DNA from: Dicyema japonicum
Taxonomy: Eukaryota; Animalia; Dicyemida
DNA length: 64,000 nt
Assembly (NCBI GenBank): GCA_011109175.1
Contig: RDEW01000004.1
Location: 1,788,422-1,852,421 of the forward strand
Direction: 5' to 3'
The notes beneath the pieces are model-generated. The model saw nothing but the letters and a program-made list of their open reading frames with translations. It searched no databases and was not told the DNA's origin. Positions within the stretch are counted from its first letter, which is position 1. The number at the start of each line of letters is the position of its first letter. Positions 27,826 to 39,813 of the stretch are shown one piece after another. The position numbers and the translations under genes are program-made.

Positions 27826-28050
27826 TAAAGCCTTTTTACGAGAGCCATAGTATTTATAGCTCCGCATAGGCAGGACACACACTTTATTTAAGTAAAGAAT
27901 AGTTAATTTTAACTAATCGTAGAACCAAGGAATGATCTTCACTTCTTATTTATCTTTTTCTTGTGTGTGGGTCCTTTCTAGACAATCCAGTTTCGCAGTG
28001 AGTATCCACTGATGACGGTGTCACTCGTCAAACCGGTTCTCAATACCAAT
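27826..28050 (-). mobile_element. SINE copy (body and tail, head missing)
   Basis: Reverse complement matches 45200-45400 (tgacgagtgac..catcagtgg..cactgc; gtgtgtgtcctgcctatg..gctataaata..tggctctcgt.aaaaggcttt). Confidence 0.8.
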
Positions 28051-28099
28051 ATTTTCAAGATTTTTATCGGCCCTAGTAATAGAACTATTTTTGTTGACA

Positions 28100-28520
28100 A
28101 ATGACGTTTCTTGTAATTACAGAAGTAAGTTGGATTTATCCATCGTTGGCTTAACTTTTATTAGAGATTTGATTTTTTTGTTTTATTTCAATATCTAAAT
28201 AAGGTCTGTGACCGATTTTTGCATAATGATTAATGAGGCAATTCGGTTGATCCCTGATACTAAGTGTTGATTTTCTGTTTTATAAGTGCCTCTGCCAGCA
28301 GAGATGTGGGTCGGGAGTTCGAAATTGGCTTGATAGTCATCCATAATTTTTCATTATCAAATGAGATGAACTCATTTCATTTCCTTTTTTCAGTTGATTT
28401 TCTGAGTGATCTTTGAGTTTAGCATAAATATATTAAATAGTAGAGGACTCAAAACTGAGCCTTGAACCACTCCCAATAAGCAAACTTTCAACCTTTTCGA
28501 CATTTGTAACCAACAGAGAA
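28100..28520 (-). mobile_element. LINE RT remnant
   Basis: Minus strand GVVQGSVLSPLLFNIF. Confidence 0.6.
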
Positions 28521-30269
28521 CATTAAAGCGGCGATTGGTGCTATCGACTTGCTAAACACTCAGTGATAGAGTAGGAGACGTGTTTGTAGAACTCTGAGGA
28601 GAAAAGCAGAAAGAGGAACAGGAATCGTAGAACAGGGAATAATAGATTCAGTAGAAACATCAATACTTTTTGTAGTACTACAGATGTGCAATCATTACGT
28701 AGTTTATTGGGCAATACTTTATTATGGAATAGATAGTCCTATTGTGTAGCAAATATTCCTTGACACTGATATCCTTTAACAATTGCTCATAGATTGCAAC
28801 CATTAATACTCCATTCAAAAATGCCAAATTTTTAATGTACAGGGACCTCATTTCACTAGAATATGAATATTTCTTAAGGTGGCTATGAACTAAAAACCTT
28901 TATTCTCAAGTGCCCATTACTATTCTGTTAGATACAAGGGTATTATTCATATAAGTCTCAAGGATCTCTTCTTTGTCTATAATCTGACAACCATGCACGA
29001 ATCTATCCGAATTTTAGCCATTCGTGTCATTTTGAGGCGATAACATCACGGTCACAAAGACTGATGTAATTATAAGCAAATTCACTCAGACAAACCCTGT
29101 CGAAAAAATATTTTTAAATATTTCTGCCAGGTCTGAGGTCTTAGACATCATAAAACACAGGTGAACAAATCCTCCCATATTTCCGATAAGCTCTTTAACT
29201 TTTGAAAGGATTTAATCTTATGCAAAACTTTTTCCACCTTTCACTTCCCAGATCTACAAGACCACTCTTAATCTATGGTTGGAGACCGTTGATCTTCCGT
29301 TTGAAGAGTCGGCAGATAATCCTCTCCTCTCTGAGTAACTTTATGGTTTGATTCGAAGGAGGTAACCATAATCCTCACAAACCAGTTAGAAGCTTGGAAT
29401 GTTGCAAGTACGAGTTCAAGCATCTGTCAAGTGGGGAGGGATCTAGATATAATTGAGGACCCGGCAAATCGTTTGAATCGTTTAAACCAGAGAATCCTTT
29501 ATACAACACATTCGCACGCTGAAATTCTACTGAACAATAATTTTCATTAATAGACGAACATATTTTGAACTTCAAAGAGCTCCAAGAGATAACACGTTCA
29601 GTTTACGGTTTTTTAGGTAATGCAAGTTTTTCCTCGAAAGGCTTGACTTTATTCTTTTAATTGGGCATGGATGTGCTTGGAATACTTTCTTCCCCCTTAT
29701 TCTCTCTCTAATTTCTTTTCGGTTTAAAATAATTTTTGATAGCGTACTAGAATAACATTATTTACATTACCCTGGGTTTTTTAAGTGGAAAATTTAAGTA
29801 ATGTTTTTTTTGCGGTAATCTTAGACCATGCGTCTATCATACTCATAACTTCTACAGCCTCCCTTCCAAAATACAGCTTACAGTTTTATTTTTAAGATAT
29901 AGTTAGTCTACGATTCGCGAACTCTGACATAAAGATGTTAAAATATCAAGAGTCTTCTGTGAGAAACCCATTTTCTAATGATGCTTATTTTTAAGGCTTG
30001 TGTCCATACTTCACGAGGAATATCCTCACATAGGTAGTCCTTTATCCATATATAAACCTCGTGCCATTCCGTCCAAACGAGGTTGTTTCAGCAAAGACTA
30101 ATTTCATTCTTTATCGAAAGCTTTTCATATATAAGACATACAATATTTAAAGGTCACTTAAACTCACGTGCCATGACTATTTTAAAGTTAAACTAAAAAT
30201 GACAGCCCGCCGTTCAAGTTATGAACTTACATAGCATATACAACAGGGATAAACAAATTATTAGTTAGC

Positions 30270-30510
30270 TTCCTCTATTTTTGGCGACTCTTTGCAATGT
30301 CTCGTAGCCTGTCAGGGTCCTCCCGTCTCTGAGGTGTCCCCATTTTTTTAAGGTCTTCATCAAGGACGGTCTGTAGGGTTGTCCTTAGTCGACATAGAAA
30401 CCATGTAAAGTAATCTTCCAAAGCCACGTTTGTGGAGGTCCCCAGGTCCAGTCGAAATATATGTCTAACAGCCTCTAGGATTGTAATCCCTATGCTCCTC
30501 ATTCAATTAT
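30270..30510 (-). mobile_element. RTE-clade LINE 3' end
   Basis: ORF 30275-30502 (RHIFRLD..ALEDYF..TTLQTVLDEDL..LRDIAKSR) parallels the C-terminus of ORF 58543-59064. Confidence 0.65.
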
Positions 30511-30539
30511 AAAGAATTTAGGACGGAACCTAGCTGATA

Positions 30540-31420
30540 TTAAATTATTCCAAAAAACAAGTGTAAAACCAAATTAACTCCTTAATCCTGAGGCGTTCCA
30601 ACAGAACCCTCACCGAAACAAAGTGATCCAGAGAATGTTGTCTGAGGAGCTGGGGTCGATTCAGGAACTTGTTTTATGTTGTGTTATTAATAAAGATAAT
30701 AAAGTTCACTGAACTTGTTAAACAGAATCGGCTTACCCTAATCTGAGAAGTAAATGTTCCGCTGTCTCTTCAACGGAGTTACAAACTTGACAAGTACGAG
30801 TATGAGGGAGATTCTGTTGATGCCCGAATTTTAACCTTGTAAAATCAACTCGTATAATGCGAGGGAGATTTGATTCAGAATCAATTATTTTCGGTGGTAA
30901 CTTGTTAAGGAATTTGTCTAGTCGGTATACCCATAGTTTGAGAACATAATTCGAGCATTCCAAGTGGCAGGGGAGCATCTGATATACCCTGTATGCTTGA
31001 TCCAGAGGGTAACTAGGTTTATCATCTTAGATTTGGCTGGGCGTGTTTTGTTATGGCATATGTCTCCTCGTTTTATCAAAAATTTATCCAGGACGAACTA
31101 GGGTTGTGTTACTGCTAGATAACTAAGACAGCACATAATGTATGCTTTTGCTAAGAAAAGTAAGGGAGAGTGAGATGACTTTGTTTGTTTGAAGGGATCT
31201 ATGATAAGATGAGTTTGTGGATTAATAGTAAGAAAAACTAGTTGTCCGAACGACCTGAATTTTTGAGTTCTGATTAAGTGAGAGAACAGCTAGAACAGTC
31301 TCTAAAATATTTTAAGAAATTTCAATTATAGAACATCGTCCACATTGCAAAAGCAAAGCAGCTCAATGGGAGTCAGTTTGACGCGAGAGTATTCAGAATA
31401 TTCTCATTGAGTGGACGAGT
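30540..31420 (-). mobile_element. I/Jockey-like LINE C-terminal remnant with CCHC knuckle
   Basis: TRLKFGH..TCQVCNSVEETAEHLLL in ORF 30733-30978. Confidence 0.65.
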
Positions 31421-33249
31421 ATTGAGGATTTGGCTCATAAGTACTAAGAATGGATAAATTCTGTGAATAACAGGTCACGTGGATTATAATTGTAAATTTA
31501 AGATGATTGAAAGTCTGGTTGTGACTTTCCATCAAAAATGTGACAGTAATGAACTGTGGATGGCAGATAGGAAAAAGGAACTATACTCACATTTGTTTGT
31601 GGATAACCAAAGGCAGTGATCCGGATAACCCAAAGTTTTACACTTGTCAAGAAATTGTAGACTATTCATCGCAAATGGTCCCTAATTGGAAGAAATTTTG
31701 ATTCCCAGTGTAGCTGGTCAGTTGGCAGGGTTATAGACAGTCGGTTACAGTGGTGAATCACTGATTTTATTTATTTCATTTTATTTTATTTATTTTATTT
31801 GATGACGACGTCAGTCGTCAATCCAAAAAAAACTTAAATTTTTATATAATTTTTTAAAAATTAAAATAATTAATCATAAATTTAAAAATTTTTAAATATT
31901 TTTACGTGCAGTCAAACACACGTGCACTCTTATCAATATAGAGAGGACCATTTATTCCAACACAAATCCTATGAGGTAATTGATTTAACTATAAAGAAGT
32001 ACGCCTAATCGAATGACATTAAGTACAAAATATTAATAATTCATAGTGTAATAATCGAGACATTAACTTACTGTGTTTTGAACCACGCTGTGCTGAATTA
32101 TTCAATTGAAACAAACCAAAATACATTTGAGTTTAAGTTTGTAGTTTATTTTAGATTGGAAATTACCTCGTTGAGCATTACGTTTGCCTTAACAGAGAGC
32201 ATATTTTGGGTAGTAATGTCATCAATTTGTCCTCCTTATTTTTGGCAGTATGTCTGCTGTACTATGCAATCTCTGATAACGAGATTTTAGTCCTTTAATG
32301 CCAGAGGGTCATTCTGTGAACTTTGCGAGTATGCTTTTTGAAGCAGAGTGTCATTTCTGAGCTCTCCTTCCGTCTTAAAAAAAGAGTCACTACAACTCAT
32401 CGACAAAAATACTAATAAAATTAAATAAAGGTTAAAACTTCGATGATTTTTCGCGCATTTATTGAAGATGAAGGGTTTGACTTAATATTTCACCTAAAGG
32501 CTATCTAAATCGACTTATTGATCGAAGGGGGATACATTTACCAAGAATATTACGAAAATGACAAATTTATGCACGTGTGCAATATTATTGAGGATTTGAA
32601 GGAGACTACCGTTGATACTACTGGTAATGCTGCACTCATTATCATAGGTTCTCGGTCGGAACATTAAATATTAGACAATTGATATCTCCCAGTTGGTGCG
32701 TTAAGTAAAATCAAATTCGGAATGTGATTTACAGTAAATGACTGACTATAGTGACTACATTCTGGTTGATGGTATGCTTGATGCTAGAATATATGAAACC
32801 GTCTGTAAAAACAGAGGGGACACCGTCTCTGAACAGATCCGATATTGGACTTTTATTTTACTGGAATGTTGTCGGTTCATAGAAGTCGGGATAAGATTAA
32901 CAAGAAGGTCAGGGATGAGACTGGGGATCTTAATTATATTGACTTATGCTGAGAAACTGCTGAGTCTACCTAACTTAGGACTCTTTTTTTGATTTCCTCT
33001 CTTTTCATTCTGTCTCTTGTTGAAGTCACTATACACCGTAAGACTGTGCGGGGGATGGCTCAGCTTGATGCCTACATTAATGGAAGACTTCATATTCAGC
33101 TCTACCATTATTGGAGTCATTGGAAAAGTGTGATGACCTGATTGAATGCTATGGAAATCTCAACAAACGGGGGAAGGTTAGTTTTTGGAATATACCAGGC
33201 TGAAGACTTGATCAGAAGGCGATTGGAATAGATGACCCAACTTTGTCAT

Positions 33250-34420
33250 GCTACCTTGGAAGTGCTACCAAATGTGATTAATATTACCACAAGGTGTGGG
33301 GAGTTATCGAAGCATAAATCAACTGCTTCTCAGAGGGGACTGGCATTCCTCCATTTTTACCGTAAACAGGTAAAATCTTCCATGATTTCCGTGGATTAAG
33401 GAATCTCTGCCGTTTTTCAGAAAGGCAGTGTAAATAAATTCCCTCTTGGTTACCTACTTGATTTACAGTAGTACAACGTATGGTTTACCAATGGATGTGC
33501 ATGTATGACTGAATTTCAAGAAGGAGCCACATGTTTTCTATCCTGTGCTAGAATATATAACGGGGTGAGCTAGTGGTTTGATTTATTAGAGTTCAAAATT
33601 GTGGTTATGTCTATATGTGTTAAGCAGTACGACAGCGAGTAGTACATGTGCGTTACCCTTAGTATGAAGAGGGCTATTCGAATGGCCACGGAGGCTGCAC
33701 GGACTACGACAACATTAAAATTATGGCAGAATGTGCTTTATGTACAACCAATGTGTTATTAAGATTACTGAGAACACTAATTACATTGCCGTGGCTGTAC
33801 AGGCATATCGACGGAGGTTTAGGGATATGGAAATACTCTTTGCCTTGGCTTCCTTCGCTTGTAATATCTAGAAGTGTCATTATTGATGAATTGATGGAGT
33901 TTTGTAAGCGTCACCAGGAGGTCACGTGGGTGTTAATGAATAGAATGGAGTTGATATGGAAGTCAGGGACTGTTGTTGTATTCTACTCTCTCGATGCTAC
34001 AGAATAATTTCATTAAGATGAAGGGGGACTCTCCCGATGCTTATTTAAGTGTAAGTGATTGTTGGCAATTGTAGTTATCGGAGTATCAGAGTAACTCGTT
34101 GATTCATCAGTTGCACATTCCCAGATGGGTTCACAGTCGTATACGGTTAACTCTGTGGTTCAGAGAGTGACTGAGCTTTGGAAAGTGGGGACTGTCTTAT
34201 CTGTAGACTGTAAATACTTTTCCACGACGGCTGGGGATGTTAAAGCCTTAAAAAGGTTGATAATGTCCACCAATTCAACTGTTGTTAGATTGTGTAATAT
34301 ATTAAATATGGGAAATGTGATGTTTTGTTTATTAATATGTGAGTGATGTGATTGTCGTATTTGGCCAATTGAGTGAGTCATTAATTGAACTAACTCTTTA
34401 AACTAGTTTTTGTGAAATAT
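33250..34420 (+). mobile_element. Gypsy LTR retrotransposon pol remnant (RT and integrase)
   Basis: GVIEA..KIFHDFRGL (R.C.D.R.LN-like), EGATCF, SPGGHVGVNE (integrase zinc finger); heavily decayed. Confidence 0.45.
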
Positions 34421-35689
34421 ATATTGCGCCTTCATTAGTTATTAACTCCACGGTTGACCTTGCTTACAGTTCATTACCTCTGTAGAAAATTCTAGAATCC
34501 GAAAGCTCCTCTGGATGATTACGATAAACCCCCATTTTCCATCCAACTCAATGTGTAATAACATTTGCCACTGAGGAATAATGTGTGGTATTGCAATTCA
34601 TTAACACTCACGTGACCTCCTGGTGACGTTAATTTGAAAGCATTGAAACGGCTGAATTGTGGCAAGGATTACTGGAAAGGTTTGTAGAGTTAATTAAGGG
34701 AAATTTTAATGAGCAATTTTTCAATAAGTTGTCAGAATACACTCTGGGGGGTCATATTTAGAGGAAGAATGTTTTGCAATAATGTTAACCTGCTTTGCAC
34801 CCCTTCTCTTGGGAGTTCCAAGACTTGGTCTGATAGGGGAGTTTTGTTTATGAGGTACAAATACATTCGGATGGCGCCACGGGGAGGTGAACATGATTGC
34901 TTCTTGCATTTACAAGACGAAAGTCGATAATTCAATGTTGATTAGCATTCATTCTCAAGCAGTTACCTAATTATGCCGCAGATTAGCAAGTCACGATAAT
35001 TCCAATAATGATTTAGCATTGACTGCATATTCATTAAAAATTGAGATTTCCTAAGTTTAAGGAAGACAATATCACAATTATTTGAGAAAGGAAGCTCTTA
35101 GTGTACGATTCGTCAATAGTGTGGAAGATTCCTTCTGGAGAGCCGAGGACAGCTGAGACTGAGTAATTGATAAACTATTTGAATGAATTTATCCTGAAAA
35201 CCTAAAGTAAAGACAATCCCTAAGCATATAAATTGAACTTATTAGAATTGCTTATAAAAATGTTTGTTAATAAATATAAACTTCGACTGCGGTCTTGTAC
35301 AAATTTGAACCAGATTAGAGCTATTTTCCTATAAGAGTAGTTAAGATGAAATACACACGACAACAGTCTTGGGCTCAACTACACACTGACTACCTGGTCG
35401 AAGGTTTTTTTCTCTGTCTTCCTTAGTTCAACTAGCATTGCGTCATGTGATATGTATCTTTCAGAAAAAGCCCGAAGGGATCATTTGCTTTCCCCGACTT
35501 TGTTGAATCATTGATTGGAGATATTCCCTCAACTTTGGATTGACTTCTCTCTGCGACTTGAATTCCTTTTCCCATAATGACGAAATTGTATCTTTCGGAA
35601 TATTTGGTTATAGCCCATGACATGATAGCCGATAATTTTTACAGAATTTTTTTTTATTTTAATATTTTTTTTCAGAAAATAAAAATTTT

Positions 35690-35990
35690 TTTAACAATTA
35701 AACAAATGTCAGTTGAGGAAAGCCTGCCTGCGTGGATTGCGAACAAGTTCCCTCGGAGTATGGCTATTCCAATCTTTTGTCTTAGCCATAACCCTTCTCG
35801 TTGATCCCTTTTCTTTCTGGCAAGCAATCCTCCGAGTTCTTGCAAGAATTCAGCTGTCATTGGACCAACGGCTCCCGATGATTCGGTCGCAACAGGAGTA
35901 AATCGGTAGCGATCCCCGAGGCAAGAATATTTTATTAATTTAAACAATAGAAGTCAGGTAGTTGCCGCCCTCATTGCGTGGCTGAAGAAT
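35690..35990 (-). mobile_element. Two stacked CRE-clade 3' ends (different subfamilies)
   Basis: ORF 35672-35947 has YRFTPVATESSGAVGP..REGLWLRQKIGIAILRGN; 35935-35985 is the reverse complement of the 15660-15700 tail. Confidence 0.8.
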
Positions 35991-36599
35991 TAGGATTTTT
36001 GGAAGAATCATATGTATAAATAGTTTTTTTAATTTTACTACTAAAAATGGCTGTCAGATAATTCATAAGTACCTATCAGATAACATTATATAAAGAGACC
36101 AAAGACCACGATTAAATACAAAAACCCATTTTAGTGCCACACAAATCATCCTGGGAGTGACTTTTGACAAAGGACTTACATTCACAAAACATGTTGAGCA
36201 TCGGGCGACTGCGGCACTTACGATAATGAGGATACTGAAGATAAACTCAAAAACCCTCGGAAGAAACGCTGTATTCTTTCCCCAGTCTATCGGCAATTTG
36301 TACAACTGTTGTCAATGGCCATTCCCTTTCTTTTTCCTGAAACTGTCCGCAATCCAGGAAGCTGCAAAAGAGTTATTGACAGCAACTTTATGTGCGCTCC
36401 TCTGGGGTTATTGTGTTGTCAAGTAATGACAGAAAATAATTCGAAATTATCAAATCTACGGATATTTTACGGAATTGTGTTCGTATCATGTTCCCTTGTA
36501 CTTAAGACGGTTGAATTTGTTGATCGTCTAAGGAATCGGATTTCTAATGCACTTTAGATCTCCGTGATTCTTCTGGTTATTTAAGCTTTTTTAGAAGGA

Positions 36600-37200
36600 A
36601 TAGGCGACTTAAAATATTGTGCGATGAGCAGGAATCATACCTAATTACTTTTCCATACAGAAGTAAGATGGCATTCACGAGGAAAAGTGTTTACACGTGT
36701 GTATTCGTATTACAGAACGAAAATTTTCCAATTTCGAAATTTGGAAAACCTACTTCTATTTTTGAGAAACTAAATAAATTTACGTTGTCAGGAAAATATC
36801 AACGTTTTCAAATTAAACGACAAAGTTAATGCATTAAAAGAAATTCAAATTTTGGCTGACATCTATTCTTTTCAAAGTAACATCGTTAGCTTTCCGGTTG
36901 TACAAGATTATCTCCATCAATCAGTGACTATATTGGATTCAGTTGAAATTAATCAGTTAATTAACACAAAAATCAATTAAACGTAGTCCCTGCCGACATT
37001 ATCGGCGTTGCGTCTCACGATTCTCACGATTGCAAAAGAGATCAGCTGGAGAAGCCACCGGGTCTCACGTGCGTGGTGGCTTTTAGTGTAGCTATGCGTC
37101 CAAGTTTCTTCAGGAAACCAAGAGATTTCCCACTTATTTTTCTAGTCATCTCAACAAAAATGGGTAGAAAGAGAATCGGTCATGTAGCTCTTCGTATTTC
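36600..37200 (+). pseudogene. hAT (Charlie-like) transposase remnant
   Basis: EVRWHSRGKVFTRV (hAT motif EVRWLSRGK) and IFEKLNK. Confidence 0.65.
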
Positions 37201-37639
37201 GTCTCCTTTGCCCTCATTGTGAAAACACTATTAAATATTATCTTGAAAATTTCGTGCACTTTCGTGCACATCAGTATATATTAAAAAGTGTTATAAAAGT
37301 TTTAGAATTTGTGGAGAAAACAATTAAGATGTTATGGTCATACATTTAGAGGGAATTGATTTATTTCAGTTATTCTTTTTTGGATCGTGATAATTTTTCT
37401 GAATATTAAAATAGTTTCATAATAGTGAAGAAAAAATGAAAATCAAATAGTTGAGAATAATCCATATTTATAGGTTACCATTTTGTTAACAGTCGTCAAC
37501 TTGATGATCCAAAGTGCTAATTCTATGTTGGGTCAAAATAACTACTCTATTCCTTATATTCACACCTCCAGTACGAGATGAGATTGGTCTTTAAACAAAT
37601 TTATAAACCTAATACATTATTATTCTCTAATATACTACT

Positions 37640-37890
37640 TTATAGTAGGCTGGTAGTATTGCCCTGCTTTCTGAAGAGCAGGGCTGGTAGTAGGCCGTGA
37701 TGGACATTACCAGTATGTCTAAAAGAAGACTACCAGAGGATGGGGAAAAAATAAATTCAGTGAATGACCTGGAAGAAATTCAAATGCTAGCAAGGAACAA
37801 TAGATCCTGGAAACTGATGACAGCGAGGATTGTTGAAAGTATGCTCAAGCGAAACCCGACCTAGTCAGGCAACGCGAACGAGCTATAACT
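37640..37890 (+). mobile_element. RTE-clade LINE 3' end
   Basis: VNDLEEIQMLARNNRSWKLMTARIVES followed by a taactaact tail. Confidence 0.5.
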
Positions 37891-38699
37891 AACTAGATTA
37901 GTTGTATCCCTGATAATTCTTCTTAGCCATGTCCAATTGACTGATCTTCCTAGTCATATATATCGGACACAACCTGGAATTTGCACTTTTGGATCTTGTA
38001 TGTCTCACTTCCCATACAGATGCAGAGCCGCTAGCAATCCTTGGTCGAGATATTTACCACGCTTAAACCTTGGAATCCCAAAAAACCAAGAGATACAACA
38101 CGGTTGGGACAAACCTTCTTAGCGCCAACACCATTGCGAATATCAACATCGATAATGATACCTAGTTTACAAATGATATGGCTCTTCCCTGCGCATCACA
38201 CGAGACACTTTTGGATAACGACTGGATACGAATAGAATTCTGCTTCGGCACAATGTTTGCATGAACCAACGGTGCAGATACGTGAAGACGATTGATGTTG
38301 AAGGACTTGACGCCCTCTCCTGTCAACGAAGTCCTAGAATGAAAACGAGCCACAAGACGGTAAACGAATTAATTGCGGGAGGACTCGAACCCACTTAACA
38401 TCCCGTAAAACTGGAGAGGAGTCGGACTTGACACACAAACAAAAGTCATGATGCCTTAACTCTTAAAAAATATGCGACTATAGATGGGGGACAGTTCGTT
38501 TTAGGACCAAAATCGTTTTCTTTCTACCATCAGCAAAAAGGAGACAGTCGAGAAGAGTTGATGATCGAAACCGTATTTTCTTAGAAATCGTAAGATAGAG
38601 GAATCACAAGATCTGTTTATTATTGTTATAAGCAACAACATAGAATCATTAGCTATAATTCCATTCATGCCACGTTTGTACGATCTGAGAAATCCTCTC

Positions 38700-39600
38700 C
38701 TCCGCAGACTACTGAAGTCTTCATCGTCCTTAGTGTCCTGTTTACTGGTCTCAAATCTCCATTAAAGTCTTCGGGAAAAGTAATGGACGGTCTCTGAACT
38801 TTTTCCCAGATGTTTCAAAAAATTTCCATGATGATGTTTGCTAGCGTGTCTCGTTCCATTCTTAAAATGTGACCAAACAGTTTCATGATGAGGGTGCTCA
38901 GAGGTCCAGAGGAGCATCTTTTGTATAATTCTTCACTCCTTACACACATTGGCCACTTTAATCCCAAGAGAGACCGAAGTTGATTCCTATGAAAGGAGTA
39001 TACGTAAGGATCGGTTTCCCGAAAGCCTCAATTTCCAATACGCACTCGCAACACTGTTTGATGGGAGTATTCGTATTAAGATTACTGAGTCCTGAACATT
39101 ACTGCACTTCAATGAGTTTTTCTCGACGGACGGTGTGGAAAGCTCTGGTTAGAACAACTCCAAGATAATCCTTGAACTTTGGAATCTTTGCTGAATAGCC
39201 CAATGCCACCTCTGGTACCATACTACATCAGCTGTTGATCTCCCAGTCCTGATCCCACTCTGGCTTTGAGCAAAGTATCCGTCCATTGGTTCTTGGATCA
39301 GATTAAGTACGAACAGGGCAAAGGGTGTTTTTGAAAGATAAGAAGATTCAAGTTTTCACAGATCCGGTGGGTTTATTTCCTTTAAGGACTTGTATTAATA
39401 CCCCTTTTCAACCTCTGAAAAGTCTTTGTTGGCTATCATTTCATTCAGCCATCTTGTAGGTCTCTTCAAGTTAACTGGGCCCAAATTTTAACAGTTTTGA
39501 GGATATGTTGTTCTGATCCAAGAGAGCGATCAAATTTGAGCTTCTTTATCGCTATGGAGACCTCCTTCGGTAAGATGATTCGTTCGAGTTTGGTGTCTTG
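38700..39600 (-). mobile_element. RTE-clade LINE remnant
   Basis: Minus-strand peptides resembling D..RAFHTV.REKL and LFGHILR; decayed. Confidence 0.45.
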
Positions 39601-39813
39601 GCGTAAAGCTGCTTACTAATTTATAACACTTCGGAGTTCAGTAAATTGTTTTAATTAATCCAAAAAAATTCAAATTTTAATTGAATTTTGCACGTTGTGG
39701 TCGTTGTGGTGCCAAGAAGAAAGAAAAAAAAGAAGAGAAAAAGAAAGGAAAATCAGAAAAGAAAATTGCAGAAAACTAATCAGGCTAAGTCTGACTCTGC
39801 TCACTGCCCTGCT

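Noticed and set aside
27995-28035. Hammerhead ribozyme at CTGATGA in the SINE antisense strand (also about 45225 and 57900)
   Set aside because: No GAAA after stem II and no UH plus stem I arrangement; the CTG is used in the preceding hairpin.
38370-38420. tRNA gene (B-box gggttcgagtcc on the minus strand)
   Set aside because: No cloverleaf or A-box; at most a SINE head remnant.
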